64,000 nucleotides of DNA from Vicugna vicugna (lineage: Eukaryota), in assembly GCA_013265495.1 (NCBI GenBank), contig MU058451.1, positions 2,909,305 through 2,973,304 on the forward strand, in the 5' to 3' direction. Below the pieces are notes generated by a model. That model searched no databases, had not been told where the DNA came from, and was given only the letters and a program-made list of their open reading frames with translations. Of the stretch, positions 47,601 to 61,900 are shown one piece after another. Both the position numbers and the translations under genes were made by a program. Position 1 is the stretch's first letter. Every line of letters begins with the position of its first letter.

Positions 47601-49014
47601 ACCTAGCAGATTTATAATGGTAATTAAAGCTTTGATTTTTTTTTTTTTAAAAAAGGAGATAACCTCAAAGGTATTTAACTGAAAAATGCACCACAATCAC
47701 AAACCTTCAGCAGCACACCAGGCACTGGGTATGTTCCAGGATGTTCATCGTTGGGCCACGTCTGCTTCTGTGCCCTTTTCTCTTGCTCTGTGCTCTGCTT
47801 AGGACACCCTGCCCACTCCCATTTCTACTGCCCAAATCCTTCTCAAGGTTCAAGACCCAACTCTAACCCCCTCCCCATCAGGCCTTTCCTGATGATCCCA
47901 GAAAGGTAAATCCCTTCGCTCTTTCAAACTTTATCCAGAGCTGAAAAGATTATGAAAAACATCGGACTCTTACAGGGCCCTCCCCCTCCGCCCTGCAGCG
48001 CAGGGATCTGTTCTGCTCCACCTCCTGCAGCATCAGCTGCCTCAGCGCCGGGATTATCTTGTGTTCACTTCTGAGCCCCTTACTCATGGAAGCATCAGCG
48101 GTCTTCTCTGAGACAAAGAGGTCTTCCACCAATTGTCACAGTATGAGTGGCACAAGGGTCTGTATTGACTTCTCCCTACTTTTCTTCTGATGTCATTTTG
48201 CAAACGGCAAATCTACCCAGATTTATACAGGGAGAAAGCTGGTTTCGGTTGTTTCCCTACAGACTAAGCAGACACACTTAGGAAAGGATCTGATGAAGAT
48301 GTCTTAATAATCTTAGGATAGACGTTTCATATTCATTTTTCCCTCTGATTAAACAGGTAAGTCATACAGGGAGAATTTTCTATCTAACTGTAATGTTATT
48401 TTCTCATCCTTTCAAGCCTGGCTGTTTCTTCTGAAGCAGGTGACTGGGACAGCACGAGGCAGCAATGCAGAAATGCAGGCACGTAGGTGGGCAACTGCGT
48501 TGAACAGAGAAGTCCAATCGAATCCTGCTTAGCAAGGCAAGCCCAGGACAAAGACACAGGTGTTCAGCTCAAAGCTGTTCAAACTTCCGCAGCAGACAAA
48601 ACACAATGGGGAATCAGGCTGGTCTGAGTCTCAAAAAAGAAACCTGCCTCACAAAAATCTGCTTTTACAGCCACAGTTTGCACACACCCTGGGGCGGCCT
48701 CCAGGCGCCTCACGCAGAGGCCTGGCCACATTCCCCACAGGCTGGGGTTTCTCTCCACAGTTCTTTGTACTGATGTATGAGGAGAAAATCACTCATCCTG
48801 CGCTAGAATTTGGGTGAACATCTCCACAGTCCTCTTTCTCAGAGACCGAGGACTGCCAACGAGCTTCCACAAACCCAATAACTGAATACACCTACTACCT
48901 GAACTTCACTAAGACCTTGGATAGTGCCTCAAAGGCATCATATCCTCAGATATGCCCCACAGGGCAGCAAGAGAACAACTCTACCAAAAAGCTCTCTATG
49001 AGCCCATAAAGAGT

Positions 49015-49099
49015 GGTAGCTCAGTGGTAGAGCACATGCTTAGCATGTACAAGGTCCTGGGTTCAATCCCCAGCACCTCCATTAAAAAAAAAAAGAAAA
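49015..49099 (+). mobile_element. tRNA-Ala-derived SINE (camelid type), slightly 5'-truncated
   Basis: tagctcagtggtagagcacatgcttagcatgtacaaggtcctgggttcaatccccagcacctcc followed by poly(A); TSD aaagagt at 49008-49014 and 49100-49106. Confidence 0.9.
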
Positions 49100-49119
49100 A
49101 AAGAGTAAGAACTCACTCC

Positions 49120-49350
49120 TGCACAGGGCCTGCTGGAGCCGGGCACTGTTCCTAGTGCTTAACACACAACAGCTCCTGGGAGCACCTGTTCCATTCCTGT
49201 GAGGAGGCACTACTGGTCATCACACCCATTTCACAGATGAGGGAACTGAGGCTCAGAGAGGTAAAGTCATTTGCTTGAGGCCACTCAGCTGAAAAGCTAA
49301 AAAGCTAAGACCTGCAGTTGCTCTGGCTCTGATGTCTGGGCTCCTACCTA
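49120..49350 (-). mobile_element. MIR SINE relic
   Basis: gggcactgttcctagtgctt...cccatttcacagatgagggaactgaggctcagagaggtaaagtcatttgc. Confidence 0.8.
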
Positions 49351-50332
49351 CTGTTCCACATGACAGAACGATTTCAGAACAATAAACCTCTCTGGGCAAA
49401 ACTCAGGCTGTCGTGTTGAAGATTTATGGGAAGAGCTTCCCCCTTTCTTGCCTTCTGAAATTCTCCGCAATGCAGCCAGCTCACATTCACCTCTTCTTGG
49501 ACTTTCCACCAAGGAGAATTTAATTAGTTGACGCACAAGCCTCTCTTTCCAGGACCAGGCTGACCAAAATGAGGAGACGGCACTTTCTCTGAGCTCTGTG
49601 GGACAGAGCCAGGCGCATGCCACCAGCCACGAGATATTTCTGCCAGAAACAGAATTTGCTGGAAGACACTGGGGGGCCAGGAGACACCTACCCCCACTGG
49701 TGATGGCAGCCCCCGAGAGACACTGGGACTCTTGCAGAGAACAGAGAGGTCCCCCACCACAGGCAGGGCTGCACCTACCCCTCTGCCTTCTCAGATCAGG
49801 CTTCCCACAATGTAGGCCTCACTCTGGTCTGACTGGGGGAGCACTAGGGGCGGCAACCTGCAAATCTGACAGATCTCCTTCGAACGTGGGAGTCAGTGGA
49901 GCCACCAGAACCAAGAACAACAGAACAGGTGCAGCTGAAGGGCTGGGATGAGAATTCCATGAATGGGTGCGAGAGCCCAGGGCCGGGGACTCACCTGTAA
50001 CCCGGCTTCTCCCCTTGGAAGATCAAGTCCTCAGCCCTGGCTCTTTCTGTACCCCTTTCAGGCTGATCACAGAAACCTGCCTTATGCAACTCTCCCGCTT
50101 CGGTTCTAAGGGGAGCATCTGAACGCCGTCCAGGTGGACGGGAGAGGAGCCAAGGTGAAGTCGGCCACAGGAAAGGAAATCGGGCCAAGAGTGGGCCTGG
50201 ACTGACCTGCCCTGATTCACACACGACTGAGCCCAAGTAAGCCAAAATAAGCAGTGGTCAAAAATTCTACACCAACCTCTCTTCTCCCAAGAATTTGTCT
50301 TCTTCGTTGGAACAAACCTCTTTAAGAAGAGG

Positions 50333-50431
50333 TTTTTTAAAAAATGTATTTAATGGAGGTACTGGGGATTGAACCCAGGACCTCGTGCATGCTAAGCATG
50401 GACTCTACCACTGAGCTCGACACCCCTCCCC
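50333..50431 (-). mobile_element. tRNA-Ala-derived SINE (camelid type)
   Basis: Reverse complement of the same head (ggaggtactggggattgaacccaggacctcgtgcatgctaagcatg...ctaccactgagct); no clear TSD. Confidence 0.85.
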
Positions 50432-51270
50432 GCCCCTAACCTCCCTGCTGGTGACGCGCCCACACACTGCCTCCGCCTCCACGTCGCTCCTGGTTAATTT
50501 CCGGCTGCACTGCTGGTTGTTTACACAGCCATCTCTGTCACTCGGTCACAAATTTCCGGGAGGATGGAGCCATATCGTTCTCACTTTGATTTCTCGGAGG
50601 GAACCAACTCTCCTTGCTTTACACAGAGCACGTTTTCGGGAGATGGTCAAAATGATTACAACACTGACTCTAACATGAACCAGTTCTCATTCACTTTCCA
50701 ATTACCTCGTCAAACCCTCCCAACAACCCAGCGAGGCGCTAGGACATTCCCGACGTGCAGCTGAAGGAGCCTGAGGCGCGCACAGGTCAAGCCACTCGCC
50801 CGGGACACAACACTGGACTGGGGCTGCAGTGTGTGTCCTTAGCCACGAACAGCCTGGACCGCCCCACTGCGCCCTGGAACTACGTGATACAAGTGATGAC
50901 AGTGTTTCTTCAGGGAAGAAACGAGAGCTCTTAATTCTCCACGCCTTCGCCCATGCTGTTCCCTCTGCTTAGAAAGCCTTTCTCCCCCTTTCTATTCCTG
51001 GAGACTCCAACCAGTCTTCTCAAGAGCTGCCCCTTGAAGTCTCTCTGGGTTCCCTCCCAGGGTCTGAGGACCCTCTGTCGGGCTCTTACACGTACTGTCA
51101 CAGCTTGTACCACCTGCAGGTTTTCTCAAGCTCCTGCCCCAGCCCATGAGCTCTCTGAGAACAAGATCTTTTCAAAACACCCAGCATGGGCACATTCGAC
51201 AGCTGTTGGCTGTGTCAGTTCATTCAGCTGGGTCCCAGGAAATCAGTGTCACTGACCATGAAGGACTCTC

Positions 51271-51321
51271 TTCCGTTTAATGGAAATGACCATAGCAAAC
51301 GGTCATTTCCATTAAACGGAA
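51271..51321. repeat. Perfect 21-bp inverted repeat with 9-nt spacer
   Basis: ttccgtttaatggaaatgacc (51271-51291) - atagcaaac - ggtcatttccattaaacggaa (51301-51321). Confidence 0.98.
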
Positions 51322-51724
51322 CTACTTTTATGCAGTAATCTCAGCACGGGGATTTAAAAAATACATGTAATACACGTAGTCGTTAGCTGATTTAGGAACT
51401 GTCAGAAACCTGACTAGCTCTTAGCCTTGTACTGCGGATTCTAAACCTCCAAGGAAGAACACCAACCCAAAGATGACAAATCAGTCAAAATCAAGTATTT
51501 CCAGTGCCTACAATGTCTTGGCACCTGTGCTAGGTTCCATGCAAGATATAAAAATAGAATTTGTTATCTGTATAGTATATACTAGTAAGTATAAAGTAGA
51601 CCACTGAAGTCCAAAAAGGATTTACTCATGATGGTCATTTTCTTTCCAGGTGTGTAGTATAAGTAAACATTTTATTCTGGAACAACACTCAGAATTCTTA
51701 TTGAAAATGGCTCTAGCTAGCTTT

Positions 51725-52016
51725 TTTCTTTTTTCAACTGAAGTTTTAGCTAATTTACAATGTTTTGTTAGTTTCTGGTATACAGCATAGCGATTCAGTT
51801 ACATACATATTCTTTTTCATTATAGGTTATTACAAGTTATTGAATATAATTCCCTGTGCTATACGGTAGGACCTTGCTGTTCATCTATTTTATACACAGT
51901 AGTTTGTGTCTGCTAATCCCAACCTCCCGATTTATTCCTCCCTGCCCCTTTCCCCTTTGGTAACCATAAGTTTGTTTTCCATGTCTGTCAGTCCCTTTCT
52001 GTTCTGTAAATAAGTT
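51725..52016 (-). mobile_element. 5'-truncated L1 3' end (cetartiodactyl-type L1)
   Basis: Poly(T) then tttacaatgttttgttagtttctggtatacagcatagcgattcag...tccctgtgctatacggtaggacc...tttggtaaccataagtttgtt; perfect 11-bp TSD tagctagcttt (51714-51724 / 52017-52027). Confidence 0.9.
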
Positions 52017-55000
52017 TAGCTAGCTTTAGATTGGTGCTTAATTATTAGAAAAAACTTTCAGTAGTCCTGTGTGGCTTTCGAGCTCATTAGTTCAGTGTTT
52101 ATTAATTCAGACTTCTAAAGATTATTTAGAATTTAAGTGAGCAAAACTGTATACTCATTAGAGATACAATGGATAGGAGACAGGAGGAACAGAAAAATTA
52201 AGAGAAAAAAATCCCAAAAATGTCATGAGAAAATTCAGTTCTGCACAGACTATCTTAAGTTCCTAAAGGTCTTTACACCTACTTATTGTAGGGATTGTAA
52301 ATTTATCGATTTGCCTAAAAATTTTATTTTTATCCTACAAAGAGATCGCTTCTTAACCTCCATGGCTTGAAAGCTTAAACTTTCACATCTCTGGCTAATT
52401 CAGAGTCCTCATAGAGACAAACTGATCTTGCGTGATTCAACGTGATTCACGATTTACTTATACCTGAAGAGCTGATGATATAAACAACTTTATATTTTGA
52501 TTCACCTAAGAAGTACTTATCATTTAGTTAAAAATATTTATTCTTTTCACACTTTCCTGTTTAAGAGCAGTAAGAAAACCTGATGACGGAAGAGAACCAA
52601 TAACCAGTTTCTTAATGGAAAAATCAGACTGTTCAAGAGACCCCTGCACCTCAAGCACCCACACACCTGCTAGTGTTCTATCAGGAAGGATGACTTCTCA
52701 AGTGGTTGGTCAGACCCCGCTGAGCAGAAGGCCCTTTCAAGCAGGGACTTGCCACTGTGAAGGATGTGCAGGAAGCCTGGACGTTGCTCTTGGACACGCT
52801 CGCTCTTGGAGAGCAGGCGGATTCTCTATTACAAGTCAGAGAAGAGATCAAACAAAACAAACCTGCAATGAGTGAGAGCGGGGACCAGAGAAGGAAAGGA
52901 TGTAGATGGTATCATGGAACACCATAAACTCAAAGCAGACCTCCAGAATCAAAAACCTTAGGTTCTGATCCTAAGGTGAACCCAAGTGCTCCTCCCGGGA
53001 CAGCTAACTCACTCACTGTTCTGTGTCCTACCTACTCCACGTGGGTAAGACGCCTACTCATGTCCTTCCAGAGGCCCCGCCGGGACGATGAATTTGCGGG
53101 CCTGAAAGGAGCCACTGTGATGTTTCCACTCTCTTTGTTTAACTAGTAAGTAGGACATATCTTCATGCCAGTCATGGGCTTATTCTCTTCATTTTGTACA
53201 CATGATCATGAATTAAAAAGTGAAAGATTCCTTTTCTAAGCAACTTAGACAAAGAAAGTCATGGATGCTAATTTCATTCTTTTACATGGACTTAGTCAAA
53301 GATGCCAGGCGGCATGAAGAGGTCATGAAAGCTATGACTATGGCTCATCACCCAGATACTGTGATGACTATTCTCTTAGTAGAGTAATAAATAAATAAAT
53401 AAAAAGGATTTGCTAATTTGATTTTAGACAGTGGAATTGTGCAAACAGAGATGTCAGCTATAACCACAACCAAACCTTGTTCAGCACCTTGTCTTAGTTT
53501 ATCGTATCTTCGTATAAAATAATTCCCTGCTTCTTCCTACACGTGGCTGTCTCTGACTCAGAAATTTCTCTACCCCAGCCCTCTCTAGTCTTTTTTCTAA
53601 CAACTCTTTATTATAAATGGCAATGCAAATCTTTGATTTTGATGTTTACATTTCCTCTGGAGGCTCTTAAATGCACAAGGCTTCGAAGTGCCCTTCTTAC
53701 AGGAATCTCATCGGCTTTGTTTTGTTCCTCCTCTAATGTTCATGATTTGAAAGCTCCTCCCCAAAGTGTCTCCATCATCCTTCACGGTCCGCTTGTGCTC
53801 TTAGCTAACTATGCTCAGACCCTTAGAGCTTTAACTTCCTTGTGCACAACCACTTGTACACGAGATGAGTTCTCCTCCACAAATTTTGAGGATCTAGTTC
53901 TTCATGCCTGGAATGATTTATTCACAACCTGATGGTCCTGTCCCAACTTCTGCTGCTTGCAATCCACCTTGTGAACGGCAGCTACAAACATTCTCCTCAG
54001 ATGTTGTTTTGCTCATGCCAGTAACTCCTCAGAACTCTGAAATGGTTTCCACTTGTGTGCTGTTGCCTCACACCTGATTAGTACTTTTAAGACCCTTTAA
54101 TAGTCGGCACCCCTTATCTAACTGTCCTCTTCCCGCACCATGAGACAGCTGTGCTCCAAACCACTGCGAAGCAAAACACTGAGTCTTAGATTCATACATA
54201 CCAGAGCGGGGTGCAAAATCCAGAAGGGGTGCGAGTATATTTTTGTACACACATTTGTAGGATTTCTCAAAGGGGATGAAGCTCTGGAATCTGAGTCTGA
54301 CAGCAGGGGGTCTAACCAGCGTCTCTAGCCTCCCTCTTTCCTATTATTTTTATTCTTTTCTACAGACCAACGGCATTAATTTTCAGGAATTTCAGAGCAG
54401 CACCACGACTGTCCTCCTCAAATTTACTGTCTTTCTGGATCATGTGTCCTGGCAGTAGGACGAGACTGAAAGGGAGGCGTCTCCCAATGAAAGAGCCTTG
54501 TTTTCAGGTTCTGTTGGCAATGGAGTCATTAGGGAACATCCATACAGAACATTCGATGATTAATAAGGATGTGAAACTAAAAGCAAGATCTACTCCAGCA
54601 AACCACAAGGACAGCACTGCCCACAGGTAAAGGTCACTAGTGACCTTTACTGCTATTAAGCATTTTTATTTCCTCTTCAGGCTGTGAGTCATCAGATACA
54701 CTACTCTTCCCCCACCTGGCAAAATCTCCATTTGCCTCTGGGACAATTCATGCCTTTGCTTCTGTTTAAAATGTGGCTCAAGGCTCTAATTCTTTATGAA
54801 ATCACTCCAGAACCCTTCCACCTGGCACCAGACACGCCAGTTACACCAAGAACCCCTCTTTATTCATGCCATCTAATTTTCTTCCTTTTTTCATTACTGG
54901 GCATTTCTTTAGGGCCAGCATTCATATGCGTACACGTTTACACAGTCACTATTTATGAGGGTGGACGCTTCAGACATTTTCTTTTCTTTCCTTTGTTGGC

Positions 55001-58000
55001 TTACGCCTTCTGCTTCTCTTGAAATATCTTTAAGGTCTTATTACTGGGCACCAAATACAGAGGAGCTCAGTAAAGATTACAAATATAGCAACTGTAATTT
55101 GAAGAAAACTTTTGTTTAGTAACTGAACCTCAATATCACAAAATTAACACATTACTGAAGATTCCAAAGCAAGGAAAAAAAGGAAAACTTTCTTCTCTTT
55201 CTTCTCTCATAAACTTCATTTATGAAAATAAACATCAGTTTCTGCTCATGGTATGATCATATTTTAATCATTCCAACAATGAGTTGAAAGTCATTCTGAT
55301 CTAATGAGGAGTAAGAGGAACAACAATTTTGAAAAATACTTTCACTGCCAAGTTTATACAGTAACATTTTAAAAAAAAAAACCCAACACATTAGTAGGAT
55401 ATGTGTGGCCAAGTAAAAAGTCCTTGGAACTGCTTTATGAAGAGTCAATTTACTCCTTTTTAATACCTATAAGACCGATCATTTAGACATTTTAAACTAC
55501 TTCAAAGCCTGTATAGAATGAGTGCTAACATTGGGCTGGATGAGTTACTCTGTGCTTTATTTAACTACTTCCTATGAGTACATGTTACCTCCCACCAACC
55601 CGAAGCTGGAGGAGGGTCAGACTCACGCCTCTTCTCTTCCCTACAGGTCGAGTGCTGTGCTAAGTGCACAGCACCTCACAATGCGTCTAAGATGATCAAG
55701 CATGACCAGTGTGCGACCTGTACTCCTGGAATGCGCAGGGAGCTTCAAGGCAGCTTTGATCTTGGTGAGACGTTCCTAACAGTGAACACTGGTAGGATGT
55801 TCTCCCTCCCGGCCCACCACCTTCTGATTGAGGACAAGTCTGGAGTTGGAAAAACAAAACGTCAGTGACTTCTCCTCATGGGGTAATTTCCACAAGAAAC
55901 ATCGTTGGTCCAGTTATGTGAAGGCAAGACTCAAAAATAGGCAAAGGAAGTGAATTCACATGACAGCAGTGACCCAGATTGGGGCTTTCTGTGACCATCT
56001 GTGTCCAGTTTCCCACTTCCTTGCTCCCACTTTATTGATAAGAGAGACTGACTTTAGTAAGTTTGAAATAAGTCACCCATATTCCGGGAATGAACGAACC
56101 TTGCTGCTAACCTTACCGAGGGGCATCAGAACATCAGACACACAAACGTCTTAGATTTGCTTCGGTTCCTCACCTACCATGTCCAGCCCATCAATTCCTG
56201 CTAGGTTTATCCTCTGTTTCTTTCCTACTCTGGTCCTAAACTGGGTCTTTGTCATCCCCAAAGACCTGGCGGCCAGTCTTGGCCCCATTCAAATCCATCC
56301 CAAAGGTAGATGGTTCCTTGCTCAAATTCCTTCAAAGACCCCCAAGGCCAACAGCAGGAAATCCAGCCCCCAAGCCTTCACGATCTCGTGTCCTATTATA
56401 TCTCAACGTACTAAACTTCAGCGAGCCTGAGAGTAACCTGGGAAGTTTGCAAAGTGCAGACTTCCAGGCCTTTGAATTAACAAAGATGTGTCAGTTCAAC
56501 ATCGGGTGGACGACCAGGATCCCTTGCAATCTGCCACGGGGGCAGATGGGCACACCTGGAGGAGCGCTCCTCTTCCGTATGACCACCTGTAGGAACCCAC
56601 CCGGGCACTTTTACCCCACCCTGTCTTCTTCAGGATGTCCCTTTCATCTGGAACCTCCCTGCCACTGTTTGCCTCCTGCCTAATCTCGACTCACTCTCCA
56701 CAGCTCACCTGCATTTGGTGTTTCTCCTTCTCTTGCATGTCTATTCAGAATTTATGATATTAAACTGAGATTATCTGTTTATGTTTGTCTCATGTGCAAG
56801 ACTTGTGGCTGCTGAATGAATAATGTCTGTTAAATGAATCAGTGGCAAAATGCAGCATATGACTCAGTAATCCTGCTTCCAGACAGATCTTCCTAAAGGA
56901 GCCTGTGTATGCAGGTTAAAGGAAAAAAAGTCCTACCCCAAACCTCAAAATCTAGTGGACGTTAAACGCTTGAGCTCTCATGGTTACAATTCACCTTGCA
57001 TGGCAGATGATAAGTTCACAGCACACGTTCAGGCACTGGTAACCCTTCAAGACATGTCAGCTCTGTTTGCATCGGATCCAAAGGTAGCGCCCCAATTCTA
57101 TCCTCAGGATGAAAGAAGGGCGCTTGCACTAATGCATAATCAACATGAGGGAAACCTTTAGCAGGGTCCACCCTGCTTCCGTATCTGCAAACAGCGCCAA
57201 AAAATTAACCAATAGCCAAACAGCTAACTTTGCTGTCTCTGTTCCCAAATGGTGCTAATGAGATTCCCGCTACCAACAAAAATCCTGTCTTACAGACTCT
57301 ATGCAGAAATTTTAATTAGAATTAAATAATTTGAATTTAAATTGTATTCTAAGTATTAAAAATTTTTTCTTAATGAAAGCATAGTCATCTTTCCTTCAGC
57401 ATTATGAAATTCTTATGCACTTGACATTTTATTGTTAGCATTCCTATTGTCAGGGGTAAAATTACATATTTAAAGAGACATTTTATTAAGTTTTCTTAAT
57501 TTAGTCTGGGCCTGCTATGGATCTTGGGAGTGATCACAAAAGACTAACAGGGTCGGGCAAAGGACAGGGGCCCGGGAAGGAGGGCGTTCCAGGCGGAGGG
57601 AGCTGCCTGTGCAAAGCGCGCAGGAAACCGTCTGCAACAGCCCTGCCCCACTCACTGCACTGGTCCTGCTGCGCAGGACCTGCAGCCCATCTGATCTTAA
57701 CGACAGGTTTCGTTTCTTATGCATCTCTGTACTCCCGGGGCCTAGTGCCATGTTTGGACAGAGCTGGCACTAGGTCAATGTTTGCCAAATGACGTTTCTT
57801 TAGCACAATAATTTGAGAGAGTGATATTTTGTTCCAGTGTGTTGCCAAGAAAGAAAACGGGCCGACTGAGCCTACTCACCGGGGTAGGTCCCACAAACCT
57901 TAGAAAGCACATTTTCACAATTTCGAGAGCAGACATTCTGATACATTTTCATAAGGCAACAGATTCCCAGGCACTTAAGGTGAGAATTGCTTTGTTTGTC

Positions 58001-58149
58001 CTTAAAAAACAGCTGCGTCCAGTATCACGTACATGTAGTTCCTCTTTTGTGGCGTGCCTCATCAATGTCTTTGCTCCTTGGAGTCTGTGTCTAACCTCTT
58101 GACATATGGCACAAATCTTTCTGATTTCCAGGCCTATGGTCCCTTTTGT

Positions 58150-58900
58150 CTTTTAGGCCAGTATCTCAAAATTCAAGAAGTCAAAAGTCCAAATTCACCT
58201 TCCTCTCTAAACCTGTATCTTCCTCCCCCGTCCCTGTCTGGATAAACAGGCCTGCATCCATCTGGTTGGCCAAGCCAGAAACTCGAGTCACTCTGACGCT
58301 TCCCTTCTCAGGTTCACCGCACCATCAACCATCAGGTCCTACTGAGTCTAGCTGGGGGCTCTCACCCCTACACTTACTGCTTCCCACGGCCCCTGCCGCA
58401 GCTCAGCTCAGTCCACGGGCTCTTACCTAGATTACAGGTTAGCCAATTCCTACTAATCTGTCTCCAGTCCTGTGGCCTGCCCCTTCCACTTGCCATTCTT
58501 TATACCACCTGCAAATAAAGTGATCTTTCTAAAATTTGATCATATAAGTATCATGCCTAAAACTCTCAGTAGCTCTTCCCTGTCTTCAGGAAAATGTCCA
58601 AATTCCCTGTTTTGGTCTGTGAGACCCTGCCTGCTTCTCCACCTCATCTCTCAACAACCCCTGCCTAGCACTCTCTTTTCCAACTAACCCAAACATTCTG
58701 CAGTGCCCCAAATACACATGGGCCATTGTCTTTTGCACCCTTCTCCCCCTTCTTCTGGAAAACATCTACACGTCCTTTGGGTCCCAGCTGGATACCGCCT
58801 GCAGAATCTCTCCTCCAGCCCCAGAATATGACTAAGCATCTCCTATGCGCTACGTAAGCTCACAGCAAGGTGCCACTCATCCGATAGGTCACTGCTTTTT
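58150..58900 (+). mobile_element. L2 LINE relic
   Basis: gccaagccagaaactcgagtcactctgac, acctagattac, aaagtgatctttctaaaat, tgtccaaattccc: L2 3' region motifs; boundaries approximate. Confidence 0.65.
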
Positions 58901-61900
58901 TATCTGCCCCAACCAGATGCTGATGGAAAGAATTGGGTCCTAATCATAATTTTACATTTTCATAGTATGCAATTAACTAACATTACAAAGAGTGATTAAA
59001 ATTAACATTTCACAGACGTAAGAATCAAATCTTATTAAATTGGGCTGGTAACCAAGTGTTTTTTCTGGGAATCCAGGCCAGAGTGTTAACTGATGACGGA
59101 TAAGGGTTAAAGGTACCACTCTTTGGGGCACTGGCATCTTTGCAAGGTAACCTGTCAGTTCATAGCTCAATGGACTTTCAAATCCCCGGATGAGCGAGAG
59201 TGGGTGGGAACAAGTGCCTAAGGCTGGTAGAGGGTGGGTGAAGCCCCATTACCTGACATCTCGTCATCCTCGCTCTTGAATCTAAGTTCTAGCTTCTGTG
59301 GGGTATCTCCTCAATGTGTTTTGACTAAAGGCTCCCTCATGTGAATCTCAAACCTTTCCCTTAACAGATGGAAGTAAATTATGAAATCTTGAAGTATTAA
59401 TTCAAAAACGCTCCTACACCAATATAAAAAAATCAGACAGGGGCGTCTAGATTAAGCAATTTAGATGAAAAATTTGACTTGATATTGTAAAAATCAGCAA
59501 AAATTTAAAAAATCATTTAAAAGTTTTTAAAAACTAAAAACTAAAAGTTATTTGTTAATCTCGGGCATAACTGATTATTGTAAAAAGAAAAAAAGCTGGA
59601 AGGTGAATTAATTGTATTTTACTTGGCTTGAATCAGTTTCTGCTGGTGCTCAGGGAAATCCTAAGACAATCTGACTTCCAAGAGCTGCACTACTTTGGAG
59701 GCAATCTTGATTCCTTCCACATTAATTAAATTTCTGATAAAGCAGCTTATTCTGAATCGAGCATATTATACAAATAAATGTGGAACACCCACTGAAACAG
59801 AAGGGCAGAATTATTAAACGCTCATTTGGTTTTATTCTCGACAGGCTGTTGTACGCAAGCTGAGTGACTTACATAAATACCTTTGGCATTCGTTGGATCC
59901 TGTTCCTAAACACAATGTTCATATTTCATCTATAATAAGAAAAGCATCTCAAAGATTTGCAAGGCACCAGTCTTGCGAGCGTCCAGTTCGGTGTCTTGAG
60001 TAAAGTGAGATTGGCAGAGTCAGCTTAATCCATAATGGAAAGTTGCGAGCGGGGTGCCGGGGCGGCCGGGCAGCTGCGCTGAGGCGCCTCCCCGCTCCCC
60101 AGCAGGCACACAGCGCTCGGCCACCTGCCCCGAAGCAGCTTCCCCGGGGCAGGGCGAAGGTTCACACGTGGCACAGGGGAGGGAACTCCAGCGCAACCAC
60201 AGCTTTCCACTCCGCGGAAAACACGACCTGGAGGGTGGTTTTCATTACAATGCAGCTATACTGAAAAACGTGTAACGGTTGCCTTAACTCTGCATATCCA
60301 CAGAATGAGGAAAAAGGTCACAGCTAAATGAGATGGAATCTGCTGAAAACCACACTGTCTAAAGCCAACTCAGAATTCTACAGGGAAGAGCAAGGCCAAC
60401 GTGCGTCCCCAAAACCTAGCTCATCGTCACCCTGGGTTTTTCTTCCCTCCAGTCTCCGCGGCCGGTGTCCACCACGCGGGTCTCTGCAGGACTTAACGAA
60501 CCCTCTTGTCCCACTCACACCTTCCCCGGCACCTTCTCCTCGCCCTCGTTGTTCAAAGCGGAGAGCCAGGCCTCCACGACGCACGGTTACAGAGGAATGC
60601 TCTCAGCGGCCAAAGAGTCTGGGTAACCGTGTGGCCCTCCCATGACTCCGGCCTAAGACTTGGGGTTCATTAAATCTGCATGGCTTGGACCTACCGGTTA
60701 ATCATTAAAACACAGGCTCACCTCCATGCCTCCCGGTTTCTTGAGAAGGCTGGGGAAAGAATTTTTTTACAGGAAGATCTTTAGAAACGATTCAGTCTAA
60801 GAACCTTTTACAAGGTTCTCAATATACAATGTGTTCCCATGTTGTGTGTAATGGCCTGTTCAACCAGGAAGGGACGGAACGGCAGAGCGTGATGAGGGCT
60901 CCCTGGTCCAGGCTAGGGAGCCACCTTCTACCCAAGCCCTGCACCATGCTTGTGGGCAGGACAGAGCTGACACCTAGGTCATCTCTGTGGTGGTAGCTGC
61001 TCCCTCCACACACCCACAGGATTCTCAGTGATTGCTCGGCCCATTATGAAGTCCTGGGCCTCATGATATGAAGAAGCGAGTCTTTCTTTCATCATCCTGG
61101 AGAAGAACATGAGGAAACAGGCGTCTCACTTTCCCCCACGGGAAATGGGCATCCTTTGGTAAAGAGGAGGGATGTGTATTTAGAACTGTTGTGTGCAATA
61201 CAAAAACTGTAACCACACGTAAAAGATAGTGGTGACCTACACTAATATATCCAAACAATATGAAGTTTTACTATCTTATATTGTCCCCAAGATCACACCC
61301 CAGCCGAGCTTAATGTCAACACAGGTGCCACTTCCTTGCTCAGTAACTGCCCGCTGACAGTACAATGACTCCATACAGAGGCTGAGGCCTGGACACACAA
61401 CCACGTCGGCACACAGGTGGTCAAGCTCGGTGCACTTAACTCCCTTCCCTTTGTTTACCCCATTTCTGCTTCCCAAGCCTGCCTGCCTTCCCTTCCTCCC
61501 TCCATCTGTACCTCCATCCCTGTCTGGCATCCTGGGAACAGTACTTGCAAGATGGACATATTTTCTAAAACATTAACTCTACACGGTGATTTACATTTTA
61601 AAGTCTCATGACAACCACTCTCTCCAACCCCTAAAACAACCTTCCTATGAAGAAAAAAGCAAGTATCAGTCTCCATTCATAGTAAATTTTCTGCACCTCA
61701 GGGCCAGAGTATTTGCACCGAGCCTCTGGAATCTGTTCGTAGAAGGGCCAGTGACATGCAGCAGAGGCAGACGTGGAGAACACAGAGGGCAAAACGAAAG
61801 CGTATAACTAATGCTCTTCTCAGCCGTAAATTCCCACATTTTAGGTGACTTCCCCAACATTTCTTATATAACAGTCTTTTCATGAAAATGACTTACAAGA

